From Camelus ferus (Eukaryota), in assembly GCF_009834535.1 (NCBI RefSeq), contig NC_045697.1, positions 57,166,001 through 57,230,000 of the forward strand: a stretch of 64,000 bases of DNA. The letters run 5' to 3'. The translations under genes were made by a program, and so were the position numbers. The first letter of the stretch is position 1. The number at the start of each line of letters is the position of its first letter. Positions 26,545 to 40,344 of this stretch are shown here, one piece after another. Below the pieces are notes generated by a model. It had not been told where the DNA came from. It saw nothing but the letters and a program-made list of their open reading frames with translations, and made no database searches.

Positions 26545-26890
26545 ATTTTTCATTCTTGACAATTAAGTTAATTGCATTATAAATTACAAGCACAATGTAC
26601 CCAAATTTTAGGTGTACAGCTTGTTGAATTTGTAATATATATGTAACCTAAGAGAAATTAATTTTTAGTATCACAGAAGATCTCAAGTCCCCTTCCAGCC
26701 ATTACCTACATGGTAATCTTTGTTTTTATCAGTAACACCATAGATCAGGTTTCCTTCTTTTTTGAATTTCATATAAATAAAATCAAGTAGCAGATGTCCT
26801 TTTTATATCTTACTTTTACTGAGCATTGTATCTGAGATCACATATGTTTCTTCATGCAAAGGTCATTTTTTTTCTTTATTATATGTGGTT
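26545..26890 (-). mobile_element. Old L1 3' end fragment
   Basis: aaattttaggtgtacagcttgttgaattt and ttgaatttcatataaataaaatca are antisense L1 3' UTR motifs. Confidence 0.65.
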
Positions 26891-27019
26891 GGCAATATTT
26901 CAAAGACCAGTTTTGACATAAAAATATATTTTTAGTTATCTGTAAATTATACTAAGTTGTGAAAGTTGAATTTTAATATTGTATTTCATTAACATATATT
27001 TTCAATTTTTTACTTTTGC

Positions 27020-27345
27020 TCAGTGACACTGTGTTCTCCTAGTCTCAAAATAATGCAGTTATCTTTGGACACCTTCTATTTCTCTTTCCATTTTTAGTCA
27101 CTGACTAATGCTTCAATATATCCCTATGATTTCTCTTGCTTGGTAAATATATACTTATCTTTCAAGGCTCAAATCATGGGGCAGCACATCTCTGAAACCT
27201 TCACTGATTCAGAGTTGATACACTAATCCCTTATGTTCCCACTCTAACGTGCACACTTCCAGTTTATGAAGTCATACTATTGGTATACTTACAGTATCTA
27301 TCAAAATGAGAACTCATAAATATCAAATTAATGAATAAATTAATC
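27020..27345 (+). mobile_element. L2 3' fragment
   Basis: acttatctttcaaggctcaaatc...tctgaaaccttcactga and terminal aatgaataaat. Confidence 0.55.
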
Positions 27346-28464
27346 AATAGTTGACTTTGATTTTCTTTTACAGCATACTATATTGAGCAGGATATTTTAG
27401 GGAAAAAGAATATAATGCTGCCATAGCTGAGTGTTGAAACAGTGTAGGATCCAAAAAAAGTATCTGGGAAGATATGTTATAAAGTCTATAAAGTGATTAA
27501 CGTGCTACACACAGGAAAACCATAAACCGAATGTCTGATTTCATTGCTCACTACTTCCTTAAACACTAAACAGTTGATTTATTTAAAAACTTGAAACACA
27601 ATGTGAACTTTCCTGTCTTTGAGCTTTTTGCAGACAAATCCCACTTGTTCCATTAAATCTTCCAAATACATCTCCACCAGTGGCCAAACCTGTCATTTAA
27701 AGATTGCATACAAAAAAATCATTATAATTCATCAGTGACAAACTATATGCTTACTGTGCTGTGGTATTTCTTACACCATTTCCTAGAGTCATATATTCCT
27801 TTTAACTAAAAATAATATTGGCTTATATCTTGCTTATACAATTAGATGGAAATGCCCTTGAAAGTATGACTGTTTTATGCCTATTGATTTCTCTAGATCA
27901 GGGAAAATATTCCGTTTATATTTGTTCCTTATTTTATTAAAGAGTTACAGAAGAAAATTGCGCATGTGTGTATAATGCATATAACTCGTATAGAAATTAC
28001 CTCTCATGTCAATATAGACTATTTTTAATTACTGTAAAAATGTGACTAGTTTTATTCTTGTTGGTTATGCATTCATTATTGCCAACTTGAAAAAAGTAGC
28101 ATTCAATTTTCCTGATTATCAGTATTTCAGTCATTAAGGCACCATAACATGAATCCAGTAAAATACTCTGCAATGACACTGAAATAAGCCAATTACTTCA
28201 CATTAAGTAGGAGTGGTATTACTTGGTATCTCAACTGCTGTAAAGAAAACATTATAATTAAATGGTCATGTCCATCACTTGCTTTGTATCTATCCAGAAA
28301 ACTACACACATATTGCATACTACTTTACAAGCATTACTGGTATATTACTTAGTGTCTCTTTCTTAACCAATACATTTATGCTGCCTCTGATTAACAGGTT
28401 GCCATGCAGTTAATGAGCAGCATCAAATTTTTTATTTATTTTAACAATAATTCTCCTGTCTGTT

Positions 28465-28523
28465 TTTGTCATCTTTGGGCAATGATTAGCTATTTGTCAT
28501 CTTTGGGCAATGATTAGCTATTT
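28465..28523. repeat. Perfect tandem duplication, 28-bp unit x2
   Basis: tttgtcatctttgggcaatgattagcta at 28465-28492 and 28493-28520. Confidence 0.95.
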
Positions 28524-29189
28524 CATTTTCTACTTCATAGTTCTTTTCTTATTCTTATCTCTCTTGAGTATTAAGTCTAGTTATCTGATGCAACAAAGCT
28601 TGTTCCTGAAAAAGTTCCCCATACAATCATGACATCAGCTATTCTCTATATAAAGAAATATGACATAACAAAAAGATAGATTTGGACAACTCATAGATGC
28701 TCCATAGTAATAATATATATAATCAGATTGGTGTGACAGAATTAATTTAATGAAATGAATAGTATTTACTTTTGAAGCTTTCTTATTGAGATTTGTAGAA
28801 CATTCACTCCACTCTGCACTCATTTTTATATTTTTTAAATGTCAAAATATTAAATTTTTTTAACTTTTGTTTAATTTTCATCTGTATAATCCAAACTGAC
28901 CAACTAACCAACCTTCACTAATATAAACAATAAGAAAATCAACTTAAAACAAAACAAACAGAACACCAAACAACCAACAGTTGAGATTTTAAATGGAAGA
29001 AGGTTAATCAACAGTATAATTTTTTTAGAAAAATCAATGCTGAGTAACCCCTTATCATAATGATAAAAGGCAAGCTTTTGATTATTAATTTTCTCCAGTG
29101 ATCAACCCATAGAGTTAACTTCTACTGCAGAGTAGCTAACACTTAAAAAGTAGTGTGGAGGATATCAATATGGTGGGATAGACCAGAAT

Positions 29190-29427
29190 CCCAAAAAACT
29201 GAAAAGTCTTTGACTTTGTTTTATGGCTAAACTATTATTATCTTGTCTTACTTGACTGTTTTCCTTTGTTTCTGCATTTTCTCACTACTCTGCTTAAATT
29301 TGTTCTTTGGAACTCAGGGAAGGCTTAGGAGGCTAAAGCTTTTCCATAAGCAAGAGTCAGGGGACTGTGGGAGCAGGGGGACAGTGTCTGTCTCCTGAAA
29401 GGCCCTACAGGGTCTTTCTCAGTTTCA
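29190..29427 (-). mobile_element. ERV1-type LTR fragment (5' part only)
   Basis: Minus strand starts TGAAACTGAGAAAGACCCTGTAGGGCC; plus strand has ctttggaactcagggaaggcttaggaggctaaagc; abrupt GC rise. Confidence 0.65.
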
Positions 29428-30673
29428 GGTTTAGTCAGACACCTCCACTACCAATCCCCAGCTAGCTCACATTGAACATTAAAAATTTGTTAAGAGGTGG
29501 CATATACTATATACATACCACTTCTTCTCATTTATAAATAACTGAATGCAAAATGGGTGTTTTACATATGTCAATTGTAATTATGTGTCCTCTCTATTGT
29601 CTTCCTCTATTATTTTTCTGAGATTGTAAAATTCTCTCTCTTTTCTCTTCCTTTCTTTCCCTATTTCCTTCTTTTATCATTCATTTTTTTCTTTCCTGTT
29701 TACCTACTAAGATTTATTTTGAGTAATAATTTTCAGAGACTATCATTCTCAGTAATCTCTTCTTTTCCATAGAAAAGTGCATCATAGAAATGCTTCCAAG
29801 TATTTCAATATGCATATTCTTGTCTAATTCCTTTTACAGATTGTATACAATTCTAAAGAGGAAATAAAAGCCAGTAACTGAAGAAATTTTTGTCTTTTTC
29901 ACAGAGGTAGCCCCAGAATATGCTATGATACTTAAAATACTTTATAATTTTAGATGATTGTAAAATCTCACTTCTATTAGTTTACTGTAACTGTTTTATA
30001 CCATCTTGACCAACTTTATAGCTGCATTATTTTAACGTGTGCATTCCTGGTTATTGTCCCCATATTTTCTCAATACTGGGCTTTATGATCACAGTTGCAC
30101 TTGAAGTCAAGACTTAGCTTTTAATTACTTAACATGTTAAACATTCAGCATATGAAAATTTCTGGTATTTAATGCTTTACATTTTCTCAAAATTATCCAT
30201 CTCTTTTTCTTTCTCTCTCCCTGTCTCTATCTCTTCCTCTCTGTCTACTCTCTTTCACTCTCTTTGTTTCTCTCTCTCTCTTTATCTTGTTCTCTTCTCT
30301 TTTAGTGGGGGTGGTATAGTGAACAATAAAGAGAAATGAGACAGGGGGAATTAATGAAGATACTGAATAAAAAGATGAATCTGAGCTGGAAAAGAGGTAA
30401 TGGAGGCCATGGCCTGCACACCTAACAAATTAACCATACAACCACTTTCTTTACCTTTTATTCCACTCATGTTGTATTGTTCTTTCTCCATTTTACCACT
30501 GAAGACTTACTTTCCCTGCTGTAAAACACTGGCTTTGGGTCAATTGAAATATGACCCTTTCCATTTCTTATAAACACCATTCTCAGTATAACTACAAAAA
30601 AGTACAAATCAACAATAAACCAATATATAAATAAAATAATACACTCATAAATACATAAAACTGGAAAATGTTT

Positions 30674-30717
30674 ATATATACATATATGTGTGTGTGTGTG
30701 TATAGATAGATAGATAA
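30674..30717. repeat. Compound (TA)n(TG)n(TAGA)n microsatellite
   Basis: Direct reading. Confidence 0.85.
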
Positions 30718-30789
30718 TTGATGCTGCAAATTGTTATCTTTTTACTTCGAGTTCTCAGTACTCAGTTAAAATTTTGCATGACTGTTTAA

Positions 30790-31670
30790 CTTCTGCTAAA
30801 ATTCTCCCTCATTTGCTAATCCAAATTTTTTACTTAATCTTAAAATTTCAACTTCATTCTCATCTCATTCTGTTTTCATTATCAGCAGAGAAAATTGCTC
30901 ACTAATTTGCAAACCAATAGCATTAAGCAAAATTTTAAAAATTCTGTTTCTTAATATATTTATCCATCTTAATTTTCAGTGACCCCCTTCTATTGTCATA
31001 TAATTTTTATTGTTTTTGTTTTTGTTTAAAAAGTACCTGTTTTTGTTTTCACATGGGTTCCTTAATTGTGTTTAGTTTTCAAGATCTTGGCTTCTTGAAT
31101 CACTCTTCTTCTTTAACTTCAATCTCATCTGTAGTTATCTTTGTTTTATTTAATATAAAAACAGAACATCTCAGATAGCACTAGTAAAATTCTTATCTTC
31201 ATTTAGCTTTTGTATGATGTCTCCTCACAGATCACATTCTTAAATAGGAGCCTACATTTCCCTTATTATCTCCTACTAAATAAAATTCATATAATGTTAT
31301 CTATACAGTAACATTGCATAACACTCTAATTAAGATAGTCAATTTTTTATTGCTAATTCTGTTGAAAGTGTTATGTACTTCTATTGATTTCTTAGGACCA
31401 CTGCATATCTTATTTATTATTAAAAATGTCCTACTTTATTGATGTAATCACTGTATCTTTTCACATTTTCTTTCTTTGTCATTCCTTATCAGATATCCTT
31501 TGTGGGGCCATCATTTTCCAGTAGTTTATTAAAAGCCAGTATGTTCTTTCTTCTTCTCTGTGGTGATATATTCAACCCTTGTCTTTTCTTTCACTCATAG
31601 CTAGATGAATCCCAATCTAAACCACTAAATTCGCCTCAGAATACATATTCAGTGTCTAATAAACATCATC
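30790..31670 (+). mobile_element. L2 fragment, highly decayed
   Basis: Pyrimidine-rich, with decayed L2 motifs (ctagatgaatcccaatct, catattcagtgtctaataaacatc). Confidence 0.4.
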
Positions 31671-31679
31671 AGCCTTTTT

Positions 31680-32960
31680 TAATAGAAGGCAGTGAAGAAC
31701 CAAAGATGAGCAAAACAGATGTCTTTCTTGCCTGCATGAAGTACACAGAAAGATATGAAAATACATAGCCATGCAAATCAATTCATACTTCAAACTCTGA
31801 TAAGTGCTGCATATAGATACATGGTAAGAAAAAATTTTACAGTAAGATAATTTGACCTAGTCAAGTGTGTATGGAAAGATTTACCTAATGAAATAAAATA
31901 ATTTGAATCTTAAATATCTGTGGGCTCAATCCTGGCAAAAAGAAGAAATTTCCACACAGAGAAGAGTAAGACGTGTAACGACTCTGGGATAGGATGAGCG
32001 TGGTGCCCTATAGGATTTATGTGTTTAATATTAAGTTGAAATGATGAGAACAAAGAGGTGTGTTTGTTGCATGGTGAAGATGGGTAGAGGTAGGTAACAG
32101 AATATAAAGGCATGTTAAAGTTCCTTTATTCTCTACGAAACAATAGTAAATAATTTAAAATGTTAAAATGTAGCAGTTATGTGTATATTTAAATTAATAA
32201 CTTTGACTTCTGTGTGGACATTAGACTGATGTGGTTCAGAAGGACAATAATTAATATAGAGGCTATTGCTGTATTTTGGTGTGGGGAATATAAATTTCTG
32301 TTGGATACAGAAGTGTTCAGGATACAGAGAAACCTGTATTATCTGACACATATTCAGAAGTTTCTATTGAGAGGATGTGGTGATAAGTTAGATATGGAAA
32401 GTGATGGTAAGTTAAAATGTCATAAAATTGTTAGTATCATGTAAGTGAATTGTTAATCATGCCGTTGCTCAGATATCTGGAAGGAAAGTTTATTTGTGTG
32501 GGAAGAGGACACTGATGCTTGATTTGTTTTTGAGATTTCAAAGAAGATACGTAGGCATTTGATATATGTGTGTTTGGAATAGAGTGAAGTATCTGGGAAA
32601 TATAAATAAACTAGTTAATTATTTATATGCAGGTGGTAATTAAACGTGTGAATAAATGTAATTCCTTAGGCAAATATATTTCTTAGGCAATATTTGAGAA
32701 GAGAGACAAAGACAGAAACTTTAGGAATTTAATCAATGTTGGGGAAGAAAACAATGATTCTATAAAGGAAATATGGCAGTAGCAACCAAAGAGGAAGAGA
32801 AAGTGGGTCAGAAAAACTTTAAAAACACGTGTATTAAAAATGATGCAGCAGCCATAATGATAAGTGCTGCCAAGAAGATGAAGATTGATAAATGGTGTCT
32901 TGTTAAATACTATTGTCCTTAGCAGATACTGCTTCTTTAGGAGGTGATAAAAATAGATAA
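31680..32960 (-). mobile_element. L2 LINE fragment, ~1.3 kb
   Basis: aagatgagcaaaacagatgtctttcttgcc, gaggctattgctgta, ttgagatttc...gtaggcatttgatata and caaccaaagaggaagaga are antisense L2a motifs. Confidence 0.7.
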
Positions 32961-34958
32961 CACAAGTGTAAGACTTAATATGATGCTTTTTAAAGTGCAT
33001 TAAATATAATTAACAAATTTAATTCTTAGAATGAGATAAGAAGTACATAGCATTATTATAAAGACTCACTACACAGATGAGAAAATTATGGTATAGTTAC
33101 TCTAAGTATATTATGAAAGGTCAAGTGGCTAATGAATAATTAGAAGCTGGGTACAAGCAATCTGTCCAATGAGTCCATGATCATGTGTGATATTAATAAG
33201 GGCAAGATAGTTTGGTGTAAAGTGTGATGAAATAGGAGGAGAGTACAGAAAAAGATAATTCTTCAGGAGCAAAATGAGCCACATGTTTGCATAAATGTAA
33301 ATGAATATTGTAAAGTAGAGGTTAACATGTAGAAACAATTAAAACATACATAAAATGGCATGTAAGTCAAAGCGGTGTTGTATGTGAAATGTTCCAAGGT
33401 CTTTGTGTTTTCTGGGAAATGTATATTTGCCTTCCATCAAAATGTAGCAAGTGGTTTTTTTTTTGTTGTTGTTGTTGTTCAAACACTAAAATAATGATTA
33501 AAAAACCCCTCATAAATACTAAATAGTGGGATTGGATAAAATTCAACAAAAGAACAGAATAGGATGATTAATAACTAAATAACAAGGAGGTCAAATGGGG
33601 GAGAAACATAATTGATAGATTTAACCTCAAACATTAAATGTAATTGGATTGTATCCCTGGAAAAAAATATAATAAGCAGAAGCAAGACAGTGATCCTGTT
33701 GCCACACAGAAATACAGGTAAATTACAAAAATAATAATTTTAACTACATTTGAGAGCTATGGACAGAACAATAAAGTAAGATTCCAGAGAAAGAAGTTCT
33801 TCCTGAGTGTTATGGTATCAATGGCTGATTTCTCCATAGAGTATTTATTGGTCTTATGTTAGGCTTTTGAAGGATAGGTGAATCTACCAGGGAAAATGCA
33901 GCAGATTATATTAATCTCTTACATAATAAAACAGTAAAATTTATACTAATAGTTTCCCTTCTTTTACAACAAAATCATCCCTTTTCCCTATATCAAATGT
34001 TGTCATGGATTGAGGTACAAATCAAGTATTAAGTCTCAGTTAACTTTAGATTCCAAGATTCTTCTATGCATGACTATATAAGACTTTTTATTATTTTACT
34101 AAATTTTCCTATGTAAACAAGCATAGAAAAACATAAATAGGAAAATTCTGAGTGAATTAAATTAATGTAGCTAATTATGGATGATGTGCTATCAACAGAC
34201 CACTTCACTAGTTTAATCAATATCTCATAGTTTGCTCTCTCTTTTTTTTTTTAATTTAAAACTTTAAACTGATCTCTGCAGTAACTATGAAGAGACACAA
34301 GGGAAAATAAATGAGAAGTAAGTATGACAAATTAAAACATCACCTGATTTAACACAGAGCATTGACATTTGTAAATAATTTGTCAGAGAACATTTGGTAT
34401 AGGGTAAGCACATCAAAAAATACATAAATCTAAAATCAGCTAACACTAGAGATAGATAAAATGATAGGGGAACTGAGCATATGAACGTTATAAAAAGGCA
34501 ATTTAATTGCTTGAAATTTTCATTGAATATGGATAATACATGTCACTTTTTATTTGCAAGTATATTGATTTGGTTCCTTCATTGCTGTAGAATTTCATGA
34601 GAAATTATATATGATCATTATCATTTAATTTATAGAAACATGAACAATTTTGTGAAATATTTATATTATTCTTTAAAAATACAGCACTGAAGTTGTACCA
34701 ATTACCAAATATTTTATTGTGAAAAATTCATATTTTTAAAAAGTTACAAAAGTACTTCCTGAATAACCGTTACACATAGATTTCCCAAATATTGTATCAT
34801 GTTTACTTAATTTATAATTTATTTCTTCCTCTTTTCTTTCTCCCTCCTTCTTTCTCATCAATATTAGCATATGTATATATATATATTTATATATATAACA
34901 CACACTATACTGTAAGTACTGCAGTGAGTATATTTTAAAAACAGGAGACAGGAGACTT

Positions 34959-35155
34959 AGATACTGTATATAAAATAGATAAAACAATAAGTTTCATCTC
35001 CATAGCACAGGGAAATATATTCAGTATCTTATAGTAACCAGTAATGAAAAAGAATATGAAAATGAATATATATATATGTGTATGTATAACTGAAAAATTA
35101 TGCCATACACCAGAAACTGACACATTGTAAACTAACTATACTACAATTTTAAAAA
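34959..35155 (+). mobile_element. Lineage-specific L1 3' end, 5'-truncated, with TSD
   Basis: atagcacagggaaatatattcagtatcttatagtaacc...tacaccagaaactgacacattgtaaactaactata; aggagactt on both sides (34950-34958, 35156-35164). Confidence 0.9.
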
Positions 35156-36589
35156 AGGAGACTTTTCACATTTTTCTCACTAATTTTTTTTTTCTGATCT
35201 AAGATCCAAAATAATATGTCACATTTTTTGTTAAAAAAAGACATACGTTAAAAAAAATCCTTGGCCTACAAGACAGTTTTCTATAGAGCTACATGAAGAG
35301 GGATCAGTCATTAAGCTTATGTGTGTGTGTTTACGTGTGTGTGTGCATATAAAACAGAAAGACATTTTGATTGTACACCATTTCCTAGTTAAGTACTGAT
35401 TATGTGACTCCTGTATATGGGTATTTATGATTCATCATGAGAATTCTTTAATAGTAAGTAATTTTTAAGAGGTAAAATTGAGAAATATAACAGAATATAA
35501 TTGAAAATCAAATATATAATGAAAATACTTATTCCAAATTTGTGTCAGTGGTGGTAGATTTTGCATTCACACCTACTAGGGAATACTTCAAAATCTATGT
35601 TTTTAATATGACATGCCCACATTCACTTTGAAAGTGTTACAGTGAATGAATGAATTGATCATTTGGCCACATAAGCAGAAAGCTACACTAGGCTTCCGGA
35701 GTTTAAAACACCTAATTTAAAAAGTTACTTTTGGAAATCATCTCAAAAATTTATCTGCTAAGTACATTTCTTATTTTTAATATTGTTGCTTCAATATGAA
35801 TGTAATGAATGTGTTACAAAAAACACTGGCAATTTAGATATAAAGTCTATAAAGCTGTCAATTGCTTTCTAGCTTAAGACAATTTCAGCATCACTTTAAT
35901 ACAGTAGTTATTCCATTATTCAAAGTCTCAGGTGACTCATCCTTATGAGTGCATTTTTTTAGCAAAGTGTAATCAACTATTAAATAAAAGCAAGATGGGA
36001 AGTATAGAAAATGTATTTTAATCAACTGAAAATATACAAGACAGAATGTTAGAGTGCTCTTTACATAGATTTTTAAAAATAATTTTTAATCAGAAATTTG
36101 CCAATTTTCTATAATACCAATGATTTTACTGTTTATATTAATAAGTCGATCAATAATTTTCTTCTCTAAGCTTTTCATTTGTTAAAAGATTTATAAATGC
36201 AATTATCACCCTGATACCACAAATATGAAAGAATAATAATATTTAAAAATTCTTTATAATGACTATTACATGTTGGTATGTGTTTACAGTTTTATTAGTA
36301 TCTTTTTTATTATAAGCTTACTGTGTATCACACTTTTATTAAAACAGTTTAGCTATATTAACACATTTAATTGCATAGCATGCTACTTTATGTCAATTAT
36401 GAATCAAGCTCCACTCTAAAAGTTTTACATATATTAACTTCTTTAAATTCATGGTATACAATTTTTGAAATAAATGTCACTGTCATTAGAACACTGTTAG
36501 TCATATTGTATATTGGAGAAATTTTGCCTTTATTTTTTCATGATATGCAGCAAATTCATTATAAAAAATAAAGCATTCAAATGAATTAT

Positions 36590-37110
36590 TTGTGAAACTT
36601 ATACAAGAAAACATAGGAAAAAAATCTTCATGTTTTTAAGTTAGGCAGATTTCTAAGATATTATACCCCAAACACCATATATCGTTAGAATAAAAAAAAT
36701 TATGTTCCTCCAAAGACACTGATGGAAAAATGAAAAGACAAGAAAGAGACTGGAAGAAAATATTTGCAAAACACTTATTTGTTAAAGGACTTGTATCAAT
36801 GGTATATAAAGATATCTCAAAACTCAATAATAAGAAAACAAACAATACAATAAATACTGGGTAAAATATTTGAACAAACACTTTACAAATAAGCTATATG
36901 TATTGCTGATAAACACATGAAAAACTGCTAAACATTAAAATCGTTAGGAAAACTCAAATCCTTAGACATATAGAGACATGTTAGTAAGACAAATAGCTGG
37001 GGAAATGGAATTTATTGTTGAGTATAGTTAAAGGGCAGACAGGCAATTTTTAAATTATATTCATATATTTCTGTAAGTTTTAAGTTATATCAGAATAAAA
37101 GATTACAAAT
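36590..37110 (+). mobile_element. Old L1 ORF2 3' part and 3' UTR fragment
   Basis: gactggaagaaaatatttgcaaaacac, aaaggacttgtatc, aaacacatgaaaaactgct. Confidence 0.85.
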
Positions 37111-38379
37111 ATTACAAGTATTTTCCAGAAAAAGAATTATATATCACATAACATGTCACTTTTTACCACAGAGATTAGACTGTACATGACTAAAGAAAGA
37201 TGCAATAATACTTCTATTTCTCTAAATCTCTACATTCTCTTCCTTTTTGTAAGATAACCATTCATTTCATTTTTATGCAGCACCCTGTTTTAACATTGCC
37301 AATTTATCATAAACTATTTAATCTCTTTTAATGTTTAAGGTTTACTTGAAAATTACCAAATATATTACATATTACTTCTTTTTCCTCCTAATCACTATGA
37401 CATTTTTGGTTTTAAATGCAGTTGCACAGGAATGCTCCTAAACAGATTAGCAGCAATAAGGGATCTTAATATTTTATCATTGAAATATTCGGAGAAAAGA
37501 CTTAATTTGGAATACATGAAAGTAAAAGCATGATGTTAAACAAGTAATTTTTTTTCAATTAATTTTCATATTGTGGAAGTGGTTCAAGTGTTATTTCAAA
37601 ATCATTAACAATTATTTTCACAAGAGTTGTGCTCTTAATTGTTAAAAATTAAAACTAAATTTCCGATGACTTAGCATTAGAGTGAAGTATCTACACCAGG
37701 CTGAGAGAAGAGAGAGCTTCTTCTAGAGCCATGAAGAAGAGGGTGATATCCCACAATGTTTTTTTGTTGCTTTTTAACTAGATTGGGCTGATTGGTTCAG
37801 TTGAACTATTGAGTTGAAATAAATCCTAGGATTTACTATGAAAGCAGGTTTGTATGGATAGATTTATTCATAGAGATTTCTTAATGAAAAAGAGAGAATC
37901 ATTGAGAAACATGAATAAATAAGTCAAAATATAGGGTAATTTTGTCAAAACCGTGAAGTCAAAACAATTTGACAGACTCAAATGAGATCAGTAAACCAAA
38001 TCATCAGAACTAAAAGTAGGAGATTCACAGTGAAGCAACGAGTGCTGGAACTTTCTTGTATAAGAACACTGATCATTTTATGTGGCCTGAAGTTAGAGTC
38101 TGAAAGAGATTATCCTACAATTAATTCTTGGAAGAAGGGAGTCCAGAAACTAGTAACTAAACCACAGAGTGGTGTTTTAGTTTTGGTACTATCCAAAATA
38201 AACTCAAGACAGGGAATTGAGTCAGGTAGTTTATTTTTTAGGTCAAATTTATTGGCTCAAATTGCAGTTATCAGTTTTCAGTGCTATCAGAAAAGCTGGA
38301 TAATTAGCATGAGTTGGGGTGGAGAGTGTGACTTTGATGGTGAGAGAACTGTAGAAAGGGTAAAACTCCAATGCTGAGC

Positions 38380-38968
38380 ATTAACTTTGCCCAAATCTCT
38401 GCTGACTACCAAATATGAATGCCTAGAGGAAACACCTGGGAGTTTTGCAAACAATCAACCAGAAAGCAAGGACTCCACATCTGAAAGACAAAAGTGCACC
38501 AGATGAGGTTTTTGAATTTTTGCTTTTATAGTGAATTCAGTTTTCCAACCTGAATGCATCTTAGGCAGCATCAAATTGAGACTTTTGTAGCTTAAGATGT
38601 CTAAACACAGAGCTCTGAGATGACAGGTCAGCTGGAGATTTAGGGGAGAACTGAACATCAGAAGCAAGATAACTGCAGAAGTACTGAGTTTTAAAATATG
38701 AAAATAAACTCAGCCCCAATCCTTGGCTGACTGTTAAACTAAACAGGCACAACAAGAACCCCAAGGAAACCCAGGCCAAAATATCAACCTCCAGAAGCCA
38801 AAAGAGCTGAGGAGATACATCAACTAATGCACCCTGTATGAAAGGCAGAGTTTGCAGTATGAGTTTAAGAAATATTAATTACCTAGTAGACATAAAATCA
38901 GCAATAGAGAAAAGGACATAACAGAATAGAATCGCTACATTATTTTAGCATTTACTGCATTGTCCAGT
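38380..38968 (+). mobile_element. Old L1 5' region (L1MC/L1MD-type 5' UTR remnant)
   Basis: Two related blocks (gcccaaatctctgctgactaccaaa ~38389; gccccaatccttggctgactgttaaa ~38713), then an ORF1-leader-like tgtccagtt. Confidence 0.45.
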
Positions 38969-39430
38969 TGTGGTGGCCATGAAAATGTACCTTTCAGGTC
39001 TACTGCTGTGAAGAAAATGTTCACTGATAGCCCCTGCTGCCATTCGACTAAATTCACTACTGCATTACACAGCTGCCGTTTTCTCTCTAAGCTACGCCCA
39101 GCCAGTGTTTGAGCATGGTGGGGATAGTAATGGAGGCCCCAACCTGTGAAAGGTAGAACTCCTCCAAGAGGTATCTTTCATTAAGAACTCCTCATCAGCC
39201 TGGCCAAAACAAACTGAGCTTCTGCACCTCAATCTGAGCCTCTTAGGACACAATTCACCTTTCTTCCACATTTACTTTTACTAATGGCAGACCTGTGTGT
39301 GTTCTGAATGTCCCCAATACATAGTTTGGCTCCACCCTTTTCTCCATTTTTCTTTGATAGGAATTTGACAGGTAAATCTTGTGCATAACTAAATCTATCT
39401 GGTTGTCTGTTTCTCAGAGGATCTAAAAAT
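38969..39430 (+). mobile_element. LTR16A-like ERVL LTR
   Basis: Starts tgtggtggccatgaaaatgtacctttcaggtc; gcccagccagtgtttgagcatgg; ends gtctgtttctcagaggatctaa. Confidence 0.8.
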
Positions 39431-39790
39431 GTGGCACCATGTGTGGTCTAAGAAGTCAGGTGGTGTGATGGAGCACTGAGACTGGCTCACCCACTGCCAT
39501 AAAAATGATATGGTCAGTGATATGGTGAACACAGCCCACTGCTGACCTCATTAGAAAGCACACTGAAAGGAGGAACACCCTTGGAGGCATGATGATTCGG
39601 AAAAGATGGGGTTGAGCAAGGAATCCTTACAATGACAGCAAAGTTGACTAGTTATTTCTAATTGAAATTGATACACTGCAGAGGGATAATGGAAAATTAA
39701 GGGCCATTTAAGAACACATAAAAGCTAATTTTGAAAGTTAGAGTATCTTCGGTAGCTTCCAAAAGTCCTGGGTGGAAAAGTTCCTTCTAA
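39431..39790 (+). mobile_element. ERVL internal 5' fragment (ERV3-16A3-int-like)
   Basis: gtggcaccatgtgtggtctaagaag directly after the LTR; gactggctcacccact; ctgcagagggataatggaaaattaaggg. Confidence 0.65.
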
Positions 39791-39949
39791 TCATATACTG
39801 GGAGGCATTGAAAAGCCTAAAAGTGCTGCAGGGCATGGATATTTGATTTTACCAAAGGGATGTAAGTGTAAATAATAATCAAATCTACCACCCTGTTATA
39901 CCACAGCAAATATTTACACTAAAAATGAGTAATTATCAAAAAAGAGTAT

Positions 39950-40340
39950 CTGGTTAAAATATACATTTAGTGCAAAAGAGCAACAATAAAACTGATGATA
40001 TTTTCAACATCAACAAAAAATGGGATGAGGAAATATTATTATCACATCTTTAAATGAAGAAGCTGCAGTAATAAAATTGCCAATCTGGAATGCTATATTC
40101 GATGAAATTATCCTTCAAAATGTAGGCTAAATGTAGAAAGTTTTACAAAAAACTTAAAATAATTGGTCACTGGAAATTCTTGTACTAAAAGGGCTACTAA
40201 AAAATAGTATTATAGCCTATTTCTCAGTGGGAAAATGATCCCAGATGAAAGGGTAGAGGTATAGGAAGGCCTAAGAAGAAAAGGAAAAGAAAGGGAAGGA
40301 AAGAAGGAAAAGAGTAAATATGTTGGTAATTGCATTGGTT
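39950..40340 (+). mobile_element. Old L1 ORF1 3' fragment
   Basis: caatctggaatgctatattcgatgaaattatccttcaaaatg; aaaatgatcccagatgaaa. Confidence 0.6.
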
Positions 40341-40344
40341 TAGG

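Noticed and set aside
387..28523. Short direct repeats as a possible CRISPR-like array
   Set aside because: Isolated two-copy tandem duplications of unrelated sequence, with no spacers, in a mammalian context.
37982..38377. 131-aa ATG-initiated ORF
   Set aside because: No recognisable domain; probably overlaps a decayed LTR-like remnant and has no promoter or splice support.
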